From positions 2,515 to 66,514 of the forward strand of contig CAZRNR010000006.1 of assembly GCA_964601505.1 (NCBI GenBank): DNA of 64,000 bases, given 5' to 3'. The DNA is from an uncultured bacterium (lineage in GTDB: Bacteria > Calescibacteriota > Calescibacteriia > Calescibacteriales > Calescibacteriaceae). Numbering within the stretch: the stretch's first letter is position 1; each line of letters starts with the position of its first letter. Positions 8,217 through 19,192 of this stretch are shown here, one piece after another. The notes below the pieces were generated by a model. It saw nothing but the letters and a program-made list of their open reading frames with translations. It ran no database searches and was not told where the DNA came from. Position numbers and translations under genes: made by a program.

Positions 8217-9692
8217 CTATAATCTTCCATAAGTCTGGCAAAGAGACCTTATCTTCTGAGCCAAATCCCCATATTCAAAATTATACGGTATCTTCCATAA
8301 CCAATTTCCCTCTTTAGTTCCTGGTGTGTTCATACGAGCATCGCTCCCGATAAAGTCCTGCATCTGAATTATAGCGAATTTTGAAACAGATGAAAAAGCT
8401 AACCTTATCATCTCCCATGAGACCTGACTTTCATCAATTTTCCTACCAATGTAGGAAAAAAAATTGTTTTTTGTTCTATCATCTAAACTTCTGAACCAAG
8501 CTATCGCGGGCGGGTTATCATGCGTTCCAATATAGCAAGCAGAGTTTGCAGAATAGTTATGAGGTAAGTATTCACTATTTTTATCGTAAAAAGCAAATTC
8601 AAGAACTTTCATCCCAGCAAACCCGAATTTATCCCTTATGTACTTTACATCTTCAGTAATGAAACCAAGATCTTCAACTATTATTCTTTCTCTGCTAATT
8701 ATTCCCAAAACTCTTTTGAAAAATTTTTCCGATGGTACTTTACACCATCTACCATTTACAGCTGTCTTCTCACCAAAAGGTACTTCCCAGAAAGCTATAA
8801 AGCCCCGGAAATGATCTAATCTTATAATATCATAAATAGAACTGTAAAACTCAAGCCTTCTTGCCCAAAATTCAAAGTTTGTACTTTCAAGCTTCTCCCA
8901 GTCATATAATGGATTCCCCCAAAGCTGTCCAGTTTCACTGAAGAAATCAGGTGGAACACCAGCTACATATTTCGGAACTAAATTTATATCTAACTTAAAA
9001 ATCTCCGGATTACACCACACATCACAACTATCATAAGATGGGTATATTGGCACATCACCTATAATCAAAACTCCTTTTGATTTTGCATATTTCCTCAGTT
9101 CATCCCACTGCTCAAAGAATATAAACTGCTCAAATTTGAAAAACTCTATCTGTTCCCTCATAGAATCCTTAAGGTTGCGTATATTTTTTCTTAACTTAAT
9201 ATCTTCATCGCACTGGTGCCATTCCCTTCCACCTTCTGTTCTTATCGCTTGTAGTAAAGCATAGTCTTCAAGCCAAAAAGAATTCCTTTCACAAAAGAAA
9301 TCAAATCTTCCACTACTTTTGACCCTCCGATGTGATTCTTCATAAGCTTTCATCAACAGATACCTTTTGTATCTATATACAAAATCGTAGTCTATTTTAT
9401 CTGATCCAATCTGATGCGATAGCTCACTTCTATCTTTTATATATCCTTTTTCAAAAAGTTTTTCCGGACTTATAAATATGTAATTTCCGGCAAAAAGAGA
9501 CAAAGAGTGATATGGAGAGTTATAGAAAGCAGGAGATGTTGGACCAATTGGTAATACCTGCCATAAAGATATACCAGCTTCTGAGAGAAAATCAATAAAT
9601 CTAAAGGCACTATACCCTAAGTCTCCTATTCCGTACTCCGAGGGGAGAGATGCGATGTGCAACAAAACTCCGGCCTTTCTATCGAAAAACAT
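8217..9692 (-). CDS. malQ: 4-alpha-glucanotransferase (GH77 amylomaltase)
   Basis: N-terminus MFFDRKAGVLLHIASLPSEYGIGDLG and DHFRGF, typical of MalQ. I chose the start at ATG 9692; the track start at 9755 would overlap tatD. Confidence 0.9.
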   Translation of the reverse strand: MFFDRKAGVLLHIASLPSEYGIGDLGYSAFRFIDFLSEAGISLWQVLPIGPTSPAFYNSPYHSLSLFAGNYIFISPEKLFEKGYIKDRSELSHQIGSDKIDYDFVYRYKRYLLMKAYEESHRRVKSSGRFDFFCERNSFWLEDYALLQAIRTEGGREWHQCDEDIKLRKNIRNLKDSMREQIEFFKFEQFIFFEQWDELRKYAKSKGVLIIGDVPIYPSYDSCDVWCNPEIFKLDINLVPKYVAGVPPDFFSETGQLWGNPLYDWEKLESTNFEFWARRLEFYSSIYDIIRLDHFRGFIAFWEVPFGEKTAVNGRWCKVPSEKFFKRVLGIISRERIIVEDLGFITEDVKYIRDKFGFAGMKVLEFAFYDKNSEYLPHNYSANSACYIGTHDNPPAIAWFRSLDDRTKNNFFSYIGRKIDESQVSWEMIRLAFSSVSKFAIIQMQDFIGSDARMNTPGTKEGNWLWKIPYNFEYGDLAQKIRSLCQTYGRL

Positions 9693-9699
9693 ATAAAAT

Positions 9700-10458
9700 T
9701 CAACGCAGAAAAATTCTTTCAAAATTCCTGATGAAAACCTGCGATAGCTCCTCAAAACTTTCCTCCCTTATCTCAGATATTTTTTCAACGACGAACCTCA
9801 CATAAGACGGTTCATTCTCTCTACCCCTGACAGGGGAAAGAAAAGGAGAATCAGTTTCTACGATAGTTTTTTCTATATCAGATACCTTTAAACACCTTTG
9901 TATTTTTTTAGAGTATGTTACCATACCCGAAAAGGAGGTGAAAAAACCGTTATCTTGTGCCTTTTTGAGTTCAAATTCACTCCAACTGAATGAATGGAAA
10001 ACAGCACTTTTACACTCAAATTTCTTCAACATGTCAAAACATACATCAAAGGCTGAACCATATTTATGATTTACCCCCCTTGTGTGTATGACCAAAGGTT
10101 TCCCAGTTCTTAAAGCTAAACATATATGAAACCTGAAAAGTTCAATTTGTTTCTCTATTTCATTCACATCTTCTGTTCTATAAAAATCAAGACCAGTTTC
10201 TCCTATAGCGACAACCTTTGCCTCTTTGGAAAAATCCTCCACATATTTCAGATCCTCCTCCTTCCATCTACTAAGCGGATGTATTCCGACAGAGCAAAAG
10301 ACATTATCAAAGCTCTCAGATATATCCAAAATCTTTCGATTATCATCTGACTCAACCGCAACGCATAGTATATACTTGACTCCATTATCCAGAGCCCTAC
10401 TAACAGCTTCTTTAGGTCCAATAGATAGGAACTGCAGGTGAGCATGAGAATCTACCAT
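9700..10458 (-). CDS. tatD: TatD family metal-dependent hydrolase/DNase
   Basis: 252 aa. N-terminal DSHAHL, plus GETGLD, VIHTR and ETDSPFL motifs. Confidence 0.9.
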   Translation of the reverse strand: MVDSHAHLQFLSIGPKEAVSRALDNGVKYILCVAVESDDNRKILDISESFDNVFCSVGIHPLSRWKEEDLKYVEDFSKEAKVVAIGETGLDFYRTEDVNEIEKQIELFRFHICLALRTGKPLVIHTRGVNHKYGSAFDVCFDMLKKFECKSAVFHSFSWSEFELKKAQDNGFFTSFSGMVTYSKKIQRCLKVSDIEKTIVETDSPFLSPVRGRENEPSYVRFVVEKISEIREESFEELSQVFIRNFERIFLR

Positions 10459-10490
10459 AACAGGAAAATGATTAAATAAATATTTTACAA

Positions 10491-11168
10491 GTGAGTATAG
10501 TAAAAAGATTAAATCAGATTTTTCATTTCAACGATTCAATTTCAAAAATACTGCGTATGCAAAAAGTCTTTGTTTCAGATATAGCAGACTCAATACACTG
10601 CGAATGGAAAAAAATCCTTGAAAAAATGTATGGTAAGAAAATAAATAAAGCAATGAAAATGGGAACAAAAATACACGAAGAATATTTTTCATACAATGTA
10701 AAAGATCCGGATAAGGCGGAAGAGAAAATGGCAAACGGAGAACCTGTTGAATTCTCATCTAAGGTGAATTTTATAGACCGCAATAGAAAAATTATAGTTT
10801 CAGGCCAAGTTGATTCTGCTACCTTTGAAAAAGACCATATAGTGAAAATAGTTGAACTGAAAACAAGAAAAGAGTTGAAAATTTATAACTCAGACATAAT
10901 TCAAGCGGGAACATATGCTCTTTGCTTTGAGAAAATGTTAAAAAAAACACTAGATGATCTTGAAATACAGATAAAAGTGAAGCTGAGGGAATCAAACCAA
11001 GAGCATCTAGAGCAATACAAGTTTGGCGATATCAGAAAATATGTTCTAGAGAAAGTTGAAAAGAACCTTGATTTTTGGGCTAATATGAGAGAACCAAAAA
11101 TAGCAGATTCTTTATCTATATGCCAGATTTGCAGCTTTTTTAAAATTTGCGATAAAAAGAAAATATGA
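10491..11168 (+). CDS. Cas4-like PD-(D/E)XK nuclease (DUF83-type, 4-Cys)
   Basis: 225 aa. One N-terminal Cys (HCEW). D ... ELK core (QVDSATFEKDHIVKIVELKTRK). QAGTYALC (QxxxY). C-terminal CQICSFFKIC matches CX2CX5C. Confidence 0.65.
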   Translation: MSIVKRLNQIFHFNDSISKILRMQKVFVSDIADSIHCEWKKILEKMYGKKINKAMKMGTKIHEEYFSYNVKDPDKAEEKMANGEPVEFSSKVNFIDRNRKIIVSGQVDSATFEKDHIVKIVELKTRKELKIYNSDIIQAGTYALCFEKMLKKTLDDLEIQIKVKLRESNQEHLEQYKFGDIRKYVLEKVEKNLDFWANMREPKIADSLSICQICSFFKICDKKKI

Positions 11169-12355
11169 AAAAGATCAGAGTTCTATTCGTTCATAACTAC
11201 TATCAATTCAGGGGTGGAGAAGACGAAATGGCAGACCTTGATACAAAATTGCTCGAAAAAAATGGTCACGATGTTTTCTTCTTTTGGAAACACAATAAAG
11301 AGATAAATAATTATTCGCCTACTGAAAAGATATCTTTGGTCCTAAAACCTACTTTTTCTCTCCAGATCTATTTTAAGATATTGAAGATCATCAGTGAATT
11401 CAGACCCGATGTAATTCACATAAATAATTTCTTCCCATTAATATCTCCTTCGGTAATATATGCTGGCTTGAGAAAAAAGGTCCCAGTTGTCATGTCATTA
11501 CACGACTTCAGATTGATATGTGCAAACGGTCTTCTTTTAAGAAATTCAAAGATATGTGAAAAATGCTTTGATTCTCCAATATTCAGTCTGATTTATGGTT
11601 GCTACAGAAACTCAAGAACTCAAACTTTTCCAGTATATCTTATGATATCACTCCACAAAGTGCTAGATACATGGAGTAAAGGCATCTCAGCTTTCATCAC
11701 TCCTTCTGATTTTGTGAGAAGAAAGTTTATAGATGCTGGATTTGCTGCAAACAAAATATTCGTCAGACCGAACTATGTTGAAGATGATTTCGTAAGGAGA
11801 TTTGAGAACAGAGGGTTTCAAAAGGGCAATTACTTTGTTTTTGTTGGTAGGTTGAGCGAGGAGAAGGGAATCAAGATCTTACTTTCCGCGTGGGACATAC
11901 TTAAGAAGGAAAATTTGAGATTTAAACTCAAGATAGCAGGAGATGGACCACTTATGGGATATGTCAGAGCAAAAGCACGCGAAAATGATCTTGTAGAGGT
12001 ACTCGGTTTTGTAAAGAAAGAGAATTTGGTTGGAGTTATAGCTGAAGCCAAAGCTATGATTGTTCCATCTATATGGTATGAAGTTTTTGGGAGAACAGTT
12101 ATAGAATCTTATGCTTTGGGAACACCTGTCCTTGCTAGCAAAATAGGAGCACTGAAAGATATAGTGATAGATGGTGTAACGGGAGCACTCTTTGAACCAA
12201 CTCCTCAGAACATAATCGGAAAGATCAAAAATACAACACCAGAGGAGATAAAATCATGGGGCCAGAACGCAAGGAAAGAATATCTAAATAAATACACAGA
12301 AGAAATAGCTTACAATAATCTCATAGCAATATATGAAAGCGTTGTAAATACATAA
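11165..12355 (+). CDS. glycosyltransferase family 4
   Basis: 396 aa. GT-B fold with the C-terminal EX7E-type region PSIWYEVFGRTVIESYALGTPVLAS. Its start overlaps the upstream stop (ATGA). Confidence 0.85.
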   Translation: MKKIRVLFVHNYYQFRGGEDEMADLDTKLLEKNGHDVFFFWKHNKEINNYSPTEKISLVLKPTFSLQIYFKILKIISEFRPDVIHINNFFPLISPSVIYAGLRKKVPVVMSLHDFRLICANGLLLRNSKICEKCFDSPIFSLIYGCYRNSRTQTFPVYLMISLHKVLDTWSKGISAFITPSDFVRRKFIDAGFAANKIFVRPNYVEDDFVRRFENRGFQKGNYFVFVGRLSEEKGIKILLSAWDILKKENLRFKLKIAGDGPLMGYVRAKARENDLVEVLGFVKKENLVGVIAEAKAMIVPSIWYEVFGRTVIESYALGTPVLASKIGALKDIVIDGVTGALFEPTPQNIIGKIKNTTPEEIKSWGQNARKEYLNKYTEEIAYNNLIAIYESVVNT

Positions 12356-12442
12356 TTATTAAAAAAAGATTGCATGGAGAATGAGAATATTTTTATAAGC
12401 TTTCAAAAACTATTTTGGAAAACTTATCATAACAGCACAACA

Positions 12443-14779
12443 TCACTTAAGAGCATTTAGCATAAGAGCACCAGCTGTAAGCCCCTGAAAAGAAACGGAA
12501 AGCACATCTCTTATAATGTACCAAGTTTCGTAAGGAATCACTACACGCGGAGGGACAACTATCGTATCTCCGGGATTGACTTTTGATAAATTTGTATCTG
12601 CTTGACCATTTGCCCTTATTATGAATACTTCTGACTTGTTGGCATACTTCGTATATCCACCAGACAATTCAACATAGAATTTTACTCCTTTATCTGGTAC
12701 ATAGGAGAATGTCGCAGGATTTTTCACTTCCCCAGCAACTATGACATGCGATGGAATCTGTGGAATTAATACAGCATCATCTGGTTGAAGCTCTATATTG
12801 TACTTTGAATCCTTTAATTTTTCAAGATCCCTATCAATTTTCAATACAATTCTCCCTGTGAATTCAGATAACTCCATAATATATCTCATCAACCTCACTC
12901 TATCAGATAGATCCCCCGGTTGCCTGATAGGAGTTCCACCCATCTGGACATACTGAGAAGATTCTCCAATTATATCCTTTGTGAGCAATTGGGTTACCAG
13001 GTCTATTCTTCTCATCTGTTCATACTTCAGTGCCTGCCTCGTGAAAATAATTCCGTCAGTGTAAGCTCTATCTGTAAATCCCCCAGCTTTTTTCAGAAGA
13101 TCGTAAAGCCTATCACCTTTCTGCACCATATATTTCCCCGGAAATAAAACCTCCCCAGATACACTGACCTGTATGAACTGTGGAACTTCATTTTCTGGAG
13201 GTGGAAAAATCGTTATCCTGTCGTAAGGCAATATTATCTCATCTTTTAGTAGATCAATTATGGCATTTAGATCTTTTTTCCTTGTCTCCTCCGGTATTTT
13301 CTTGTAGATTTTGGTTTCTTTACCATTTTCATATCTTATTATCTCATAAGCATACGGAGAATTTATTGAAGTAAATCCACCAGATAGCATAATTGCGTCT
13401 TTCAACGTCATATTCTCAACATAAGGTATTTTCTGAGGCTTTCTTACATAACCTGACACGAAAATGTATTTATCTTCTTGTTCTGCGAATAATGGATAAA
13501 CTTCAACAAAATCTCCATCTACAAGCTCCTGGGACGATAGTATATTCTCTCTGTTTTCATCTCCTACGATTATATCCAAAATGTTTCCTCTTCTGTCGAC
13601 CGAAAGTCTCTTTATTCTTATTCTAAACTTACCCTGCGCTGGTATAAATCCGCCAGATAGTGTTACAGCATCTTTGAGACTAATTTTCTCACCAATCATT
13701 TCGTATATACCTGGGGACTTAACTGATCCGGAGATTGCGAATGTAGAACCCACTCGTGGAACAAATACCACATCCCATGCTTTAAGAGTGACCCCACTCA
13801 GGGCTCCCTCCGACACTCCCCCAAATATAAGGTCATACAGGTCTATCCTTGCAAAAAACTTACCATCCCTTCTTATCTCTATGTTTCTCAAGGAACCTGA
13901 ATTCTTTATACCTCCTGCCTCCTGTATTGCTTCAAACGGAGAGAGCGTCCCAGAAAGTATTATAACCCCCGGATTTCTTACCTCACCAACAACAACAACA
14001 GGTATTGACTTTAATGATGATAAGGATACCGCAACCTCAACATCTCCAAGAACCCTCCTGACTGCTGATCTTACAATTTCAGAAGCTGACTCCAGCGTCA
14101 TACCACCAACAGACACTGGTCCAACTAAAGGTATAAAAACCCTACCGTCGTGTAAGATAGTTACCATCATAGGGAACGAGAGAACATCCGGCAATTTGAC
14201 TCTTCCCCATACATATAAAAATAGAGAATCCCCAGGACCCAATGTATAGCCCTGAGATATAAACTGAGTCGAAATTTTTTTATCTGGACGGGCGTAGGTT
14301 AAATCGTAGCCGATCTGCCTCAGAACCTCAGTTTTTATTCCAAGTTCTGGTCCAGCAGAATAAAATTTTTCCAATATCGGAATCTCCCTTATTATCTCAA
14401 GATAGCGCCTCATAATATATCTTTCAAGATCAATTGGATTGGTTATAAGGTATAATTCATCCAAAAAATCAATAGAGCTGATAATATCTTTTTGTGATAG
14501 AATAACCAGGAGTTTCTCCAAAGTAGATTTTGATATTTTATCCGAAATTGAAGCAAGAATCTTTTTCTTTTCTTCCGGAAGAAGATTGTAGATATCCGAT
14601 TCTCTAAGAAGCTTTGATTTTTCTATGTTTTTATGCAATGGTGAAAAAGTGTCCATTTCTTCTTCTTGAGCAAGACCTCTTGTTTCTTGAACAAGACCTC
14701 CCGTTTCACCTTGAGCATATGCCGAAATCAAAAAGATCTGCACTACACACAAAAACAACGATATATTCTTTTTCAGCAT
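12443..14779 (-). CDS. polysaccharide export protein (Wza-like, multiple SLBB-type repeats)
   Basis: 778 aa. Signal peptide. Poly_export-like LGPGDSLFLYVWG, followed by repeated soluble-ligand-binding beta-grasp-like segments. Confidence 0.8.
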   Translation of the reverse strand: MLKKNISLFLCVVQIFLISAYAQGETGGLVQETRGLAQEEEMDTFSPLHKNIEKSKLLRESDIYNLLPEEKKKILASISDKISKSTLEKLLVILSQKDIISSIDFLDELYLITNPIDLERYIMRRYLEIIREIPILEKFYSAGPELGIKTEVLRQIGYDLTYARPDKKISTQFISQGYTLGPGDSLFLYVWGRVKLPDVLSFPMMVTILHDGRVFIPLVGPVSVGGMTLESASEIVRSAVRRVLGDVEVAVSLSSLKSIPVVVVGEVRNPGVIILSGTLSPFEAIQEAGGIKNSGSLRNIEIRRDGKFFARIDLYDLIFGGVSEGALSGVTLKAWDVVFVPRVGSTFAISGSVKSPGIYEMIGEKISLKDAVTLSGGFIPAQGKFRIRIKRLSVDRRGNILDIIVGDENRENILSSQELVDGDFVEVYPLFAEQEDKYIFVSGYVRKPQKIPYVENMTLKDAIMLSGGFTSINSPYAYEIIRYENGKETKIYKKIPEETRKKDLNAIIDLLKDEIILPYDRITIFPPPENEVPQFIQVSVSGEVLFPGKYMVQKGDRLYDLLKKAGGFTDRAYTDGIIFTRQALKYEQMRRIDLVTQLLTKDIIGESSQYVQMGGTPIRQPGDLSDRVRLMRYIMELSEFTGRIVLKIDRDLEKLKDSKYNIELQPDDAVLIPQIPSHVIVAGEVKNPATFSYVPDKGVKFYVELSGGYTKYANKSEVFIIRANGQADTNLSKVNPGDTIVVPPRVVIPYETWYIIRDVLSVSFQGLTAGALMLNALK

Positions 14780-14895
14780 GCATACTATGTTTATCTTGGG
14801 CTATAAAATAAGCTAAAAATCAGCTTTTAAAAGATCGGAAGAAAACATATCAATTCACCTCATACCATTATCTAGGAAGGATAAAATTAAAATCA

Positions 14896-15717
14896 ATGAG
14901 GAACATCCCCATAGTTTTTCTGACAGATTATGGTTTGAAAGATGAATATGTAGGTGTTATAAAGTGTGTTATATATCGTATAAATCCGAAGGCAAAAATC
15001 ATAGATATAACACACGATATAAAATCATATAGCGTGTTATCTGGGACATATATAATAGATAAAATAATGAATTATGTTCCCTTACCTTGTGTCATTCTTG
15101 GTGTAGTAGATCCTGGTGTTGGTAGTACAAGAGAGGAGATATTCGGTTTTTCTTATGTCAGTAAGAGTAAAATTTTTTTCGTTGGACCGAACAATGGTTT
15201 ATTTACTCCACTTTTTTCATACAAACACAAAGTTTTCCAAATAGATACCAAAGAGCTGCTGAAAAAAGCCAGAAAGTTTAAACTTGATCTTTATGTTTCA
15301 AACACTTTTCATGGGAGGGATATATTTGCCCCTGTTGCTGCTTTCCTATCATTGGGATCAGACTATAAATCTTTGATAAAAAAAGAAATCGAAAATCCTG
15401 TTTTATGCGAAATACCAATGGTTCACCAAGAAGGCTCAATCATAAGAGGAAAAGTTCTCCACATAGACAGCTTTGGAAACATAATAACAAATATAAAAGA
15501 CATCTATTTAGATAAAGTTAAAAATTTTGAACTTTCCATAGGAGATAAAAACATAGGTGGGATCAGGATTATCTCTTCATATCTTGAGGGTAAGCCCAAT
15601 GAGATATTTGGAATCATTGGTTCATATAGAACTCTGGAAATTTCTGTCAGGGAAGGAAGTGCTGCTACATTATTGGGAGTTAGAGTATCCGATGATGTTT
15701 CAATAAAAATCAAATGA
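14896..15717 (+). CDS. SAM hydrolase / SAM hydroxide adenosyltransferase family protein (DUF62)
   Basis: 273 aa. N-terminal VFLTDYGLKDEYVGVIKCVI and VVDPGVGS, characteristic of DUF62. Confidence 0.8.
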   Translation: MRNIPIVFLTDYGLKDEYVGVIKCVIYRINPKAKIIDITHDIKSYSVLSGTYIIDKIMNYVPLPCVILGVVDPGVGSTREEIFGFSYVSKSKIFFVGPNNGLFTPLFSYKHKVFQIDTKELLKKARKFKLDLYVSNTFHGRDIFAPVAAFLSLGSDYKSLIKKEIENPVLCEIPMVHQEGSIIRGKVLHIDSFGNIITNIKDIYLDKVKNFELSIGDKNIGGIRIISSYLEGKPNEIFGIIGSYRTLEISVREGSAATLLGVRVSDDVSIKIK

Positions 15718-16128
15718 TACATTTGAATCTACAGAACCAGCATTTGAATTGAATCTTTCCACACAATTCTCTGTTCTAAAATCAACAATACTATGCAGGT
15801 GTATCCAAAAGATTTTAAGTGAAGCCCGTTCTCAAATTTTCAGGAACAAAAGATCAAAATGAAAATGCAATGACTTTTTTATTTGGATCCTTTACTTATG
15901 TCTCACACATTGCTTAGCAACTTTTGTAATCAACGTGATCAAACTTCATATAAATCAAGACAAGAAATGTGTAATCATTTCTAAAACTGGGTTAAGAAGC
16001 CTATAATCAAGACAAATCTTATCATAAAGGAGGGACAAAGACAGCATTCCCAAAAGCAAAATCTTTCCACATCCATATCATAAGAACAACGCAGGATTAA
16101 AGATAATTTCAGAACAATTACGCTGAAT

Positions 16129-17220
16129 CTACTTAGATTTTGTTCTTGATTGTTCTACAAGTTCTGATATCCTACCTACCACATCCTTGACCTGCTGGTC
16201 TTTGTCGAGTGTCAGAACAAGTATGAAATCTTTTCCTTCAGAAACTGCTATATTACTTAGACCAAAAAATATGGTTTTTTTCTTGCTCCTCTGATCGTTT
16301 GTTATATATAGGCAACCTTTTGATTCTAAAAAATATGCATCCCCGGCATTGCCGTTGATATCAACATCTAGGAACTGCCTTATAGACGAATATGAACCGA
16401 TATCTGACCATGAAAATTCAGCTGGTATGCAAACCATCTTGTCTGATTTCTCACAAACAGCGTAATCAATAGATATATTAGGTAAAAGTTCATAGGCTTT
16501 CTTTAAATTATGAGCCAGAATAATTGATGGAATGTCTGTGTATTTTTTGAGTTCATCTATTATCGTATCAACCCTAGACATAAAAATTCCACTGTTCCAA
16601 AAGAAAGATTTACTTTCTATAAAAATTTTTGCCTTCTCTTGTGTTGGCTTCTCTGTAAATCTTTTGACTTTAAATGCTTTTTCAGATATTTTGTCTAAAA
16701 CTTCAATATATCCATACCCTGTTTCTGGATATGTTGGTATAACTCCAAAAGTCACGATATAGCCATTTCTTGCTAAATCATAGCCGTTTTTTACAGCTTC
16801 AATAAATTTATCTATTTTTTGAATTTTATGATCTGACGGCATAATGAGTAGAACTGCCTGTTCCCCAAAAGACTTTTTCACCTCAAGAGCAGCAAGGCAA
16901 ATAGCCGGTGCTGTGTTTTTAGCTTGAGGTTCCGGTATTAGATGATATCTTTTCTTTGATCCCCTTATTACTTCTCTTATCTTTCTTGAATGCTTCTGAT
17001 TGCATACTATGAATATGATAGAAGGACCTATTTTAAGTGTTTCAAAAATTGTTTCTGCTCTATTTACGGTCTCCTCAATAAGAGTTTTATCTGAACCAAT
17101 TTTTAGAAGATATTTAGGATTTTCTTCAGTTGAAATTGGGAATAGCCTTTTTCCTCCTCCACCTGCCAGTATTACAGGAACAAGGGGGGGATCTCCCCCC
17201 CAATCTTTATTTTCTATCAT
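16129..17220 (-). CDS. mannose-1-phosphate guanylyltransferase (nucleotidyltransferase only, no cupin/PMI domain)
   Basis: 363 aa. [18 protein letters not shown]-transferase motif. Its start overlaps the groEL stop by 4 nt (ATGA). Confidence 0.85.
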   Translation of the reverse strand: MIENKDWGGDPPLVPVILAGGGGKRLFPISTEENPKYLLKIGSDKTLIEETVNRAETIFETLKIGPSIIFIVCNQKHSRKIREVIRGSKKRYHLIPEPQAKNTAPAICLAALEVKKSFGEQAVLLIMPSDHKIQKIDKFIEAVKNGYDLARNGYIVTFGVIPTYPETGYGYIEVLDKISEKAFKVKRFTEKPTQEKAKIFIESKSFFWNSGIFMSRVDTIIDELKKYTDIPSIILAHNLKKAYELLPNISIDYAVCEKSDKMVCIPAEFSWSDIGSYSSIRQFLDVDINGNAGDAYFLESKGCLYITNDQRSKKKTIFFGLSNIAVSEGKDFILVLTLDKDQQVKDVVGRISELVEQSRTKSK

Positions 17221-18854
17221 ATTTCAGGAGGAGGTGTGGTTGGGAATTTTTCCTCCTTTTTTGGTTTTTCCGCAACGAGTGCTTCAGTGGTAAGGAGAAG
17301 TCCTGCAACGGAAGCTGCATTTTCAAGAGCTATTCTTTCAACCTTCAGAGGATCTATTATTCCAGCTTTGAGCATATCGTCTCTGAATTCACCGCGCAGA
17401 GCATCAAAACCGAAGTTCGGTTTTGATTTGAGTTCGTTTTTTATCTTTTCAACTATTACTGACCCCTCATATCCTGCATTCCTTGCGATCCACTTCACAG
17501 GTTCCTCAAGAGCTTCCTTGACTATCTTTATACCGAGCTTCTCATCATCATTTTGTTCTTTCTTGAGAAGTTCCTCAAGAGCTAGTGAAGCCTTTAAGAG
17601 AGATACACCACCACCGGGAACTATTCCTTCATCAACAGCTGCTTTAGTAGCATTGACAGCATCCTCTACTCTCATTTTCTTCTCCTTCATAGCTGGTTCT
17701 GTTGGAGCTCCAACATAGATAACTGCAACACCACCAGCAAGCTTAGCAAGTCTCTCCTGTAGTTTTTCTCTATCATAATCAGAAGTTGTCTCCTGAATTG
17801 CTTTCTTTATCTGGGATATTCTTCCTTCTATTTCGCTCTTCTTACCTGCCCCACCTATTATTGTTGTGTGTTCCTTATCTACGATTATCTTCTTAGCTCT
17901 GCCAAGGTCTTTTACCTGAACATTTTCCAATTTTATACCGAGCTCCTCGGCTATGAACCTTCCACCAGTGAGTATCGCTATGTCTTCCATCATAGCCTTC
18001 CTTCTTTCTCCAAAACCAGGAGCCTTCACCGCACAGCACTTTATAACTCCTCTTATTTTGTTCACAACAAGAGTAGCAAGCGCTTCACCTTCAACATCCT
18101 CAGATATTACCAGAAGTGGTTTCCCCTCCCTCACAACCTGCTCAAGGAGCGGGACAAGATCCTTCACTGCTGATATCTTCTTTTCGTATATAAGTATGTA
18201 AGCATCCTCCAGAACAGCCTCCATCCTTTCTGGGTCTGTGACAAAGTAAGGAGAGAGATATCCTCTGTCAAACTGCATACCCTCAACAGATTCCCATGTA
18301 GTTTCGGTTCCCTTAGCTTCTTCTATTGTAACAACACCTTCCTTGCCAACCTTCTCTATTGCATCCGCAACTATTTTTCCTATCTCTTCATCCTGGTTAG
18401 AAGCTATGCGTGCAACACTCTCAACTTCATCACGATTCTTTATGTCCTTTTTCATCTTTCTAAGCTCTTCTACTGCCACCTTAACAGCCTTACTTATTCC
18501 GTTCCTCAGACTAACTGGATTAACACCCGCAGCTATGAGTTTTATACCCTTATTGAATATAGATTGAGCAAGGACTGCAGATGTTGTTGTTCCATCTCCA
18601 GCTAAGTCATTAGTTTTCGAGCAAACCTCCCTGATGAGCTGAGCACCAAGGTTTTCGAACTTGTCTTCAAGCTCTATCTCTTTTGCGACAGTTACTCCAT
18701 CTCTCGTGACCACAGGGGCACCGAAAGTTTTTTCAAGTATAACATTTCTTCCCCCGGGTCCAAGTGTTGATTTAACCGCGTTTGCTATTTTATCAACACC
18801 CCTTTGTATTTTTTCCCTTGCTTCTATATCAAAAAGTATCTCTTTTGCAGCCAT
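17217..18854 (-). CDS. groL: chaperonin GroEL
   Basis: 545 aa. [15 protein letters not shown] and GGGVALL-type motifs throughout. SD AAGGAGGTG. The C-terminus is [14 protein letters not shown] rather than a GGM repeat. Confidence 0.97.
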   Translation of the reverse strand: MAAKEILFDIEAREKIQRGVDKIANAVKSTLGPGGRNVILEKTFGAPVVTRDGVTVAKEIELEDKFENLGAQLIREVCSKTNDLAGDGTTTSAVLAQSIFNKGIKLIAAGVNPVSLRNGISKAVKVAVEELRKMKKDIKNRDEVESVARIASNQDEEIGKIVADAIEKVGKEGVVTIEEAKGTETTWESVEGMQFDRGYLSPYFVTDPERMEAVLEDAYILIYEKKISAVKDLVPLLEQVVREGKPLLVISEDVEGEALATLVVNKIRGVIKCCAVKAPGFGERRKAMMEDIAILTGGRFIAEELGIKLENVQVKDLGRAKKIIVDKEHTTIIGGAGKKSEIEGRISQIKKAIQETTSDYDREKLQERLAKLAGGVAVIYVGAPTEPAMKEKKMRVEDAVNATKAAVDEGIVPGGGVSLLKASLALEELLKKEQNDDEKLGIKIVKEALEEPVKWIARNAGYEGSVIVEKIKNELKSKPNFGFDALRGEFRDDMLKAGIIDPLKVERIALENAASVAGLLLTTEALVAEKPKKEEKFPTTPPPEI

Positions 18855-18880
18855 ATTGCTTCACCTCCTTTTTTATTCTT

Positions 18881-19192
18881 TTATTTTTCAACTATTCCAA
18901 GAATTTCATCCTCAGACATAATTAGGTATTCCTGGCCATCTATCTTTATTTCTGTTCCAGCATAGCGAGCAAAAAGAACCTTATCACCAACCTTAACATC
19001 CGGAGGGATAACCTTACCATCCTGAAGTATCTTTCCCTTTCCTACAGCTATCACTTCTCCCATCTGTGGCTTTTCCTTTGCCGTATCCGGGATTATTATC
19101 CCCCCAGGGGTTTTTTCTTCAACTTCCTCCAACCTTTTTACAACTACTTTATCTCTTAACGGTCTTATTTTTGTGAATCCTTTTTCAGCCAT
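18881..19192 (-). CDS. groS: co-chaperonin GroES
   Basis: 103 aa. [12 protein letters not shown] ... [13 protein letters not shown] mobile loop. SD AAGGAGGT. Confidence 0.95.
   Translation of the reverse strand: MAEKGFTKIRPLRDKVVVKRLEEVEEKTPGGIIIPDTAKEKPQMGEVIAVGKGKILQDGKVIPPDVKVGDKVLFARYAGTEIKIDGQEYLIMSEDEILGIVEK

Noticed and set aside
14665-14706. A 21-nt tandem duplication: CTTGAGCAAGACCTCTTGTTT then CTTGAACAAGACCTCCCGTTT.
   Set aside because: It lies in-frame within the Wza-like gene, just after the signal peptide (GGLVQET/RGLAQEE). It is a simple coding duplication in a linker, not a regulatory repeat.
17236-17718. Long ORFs antisense to real genes. Examples: 17236-17718, 17953-18201 and 18343-18567 opposite groEL; 13581-14249 opposite the Wza-like gene; 27461-28027 opposite pncA; 36157-36603 opposite moaC; 34086-34658 opposite lon; 6622-7059; 31824-32294.
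   Set aside because: Their products are low-complexity and Ser/Phe/Leu-rich, with no motifs. They are shadow frames of purine-rich (GAA/AAA) coding sequence on the other strand, where a strongly supported gene exists.
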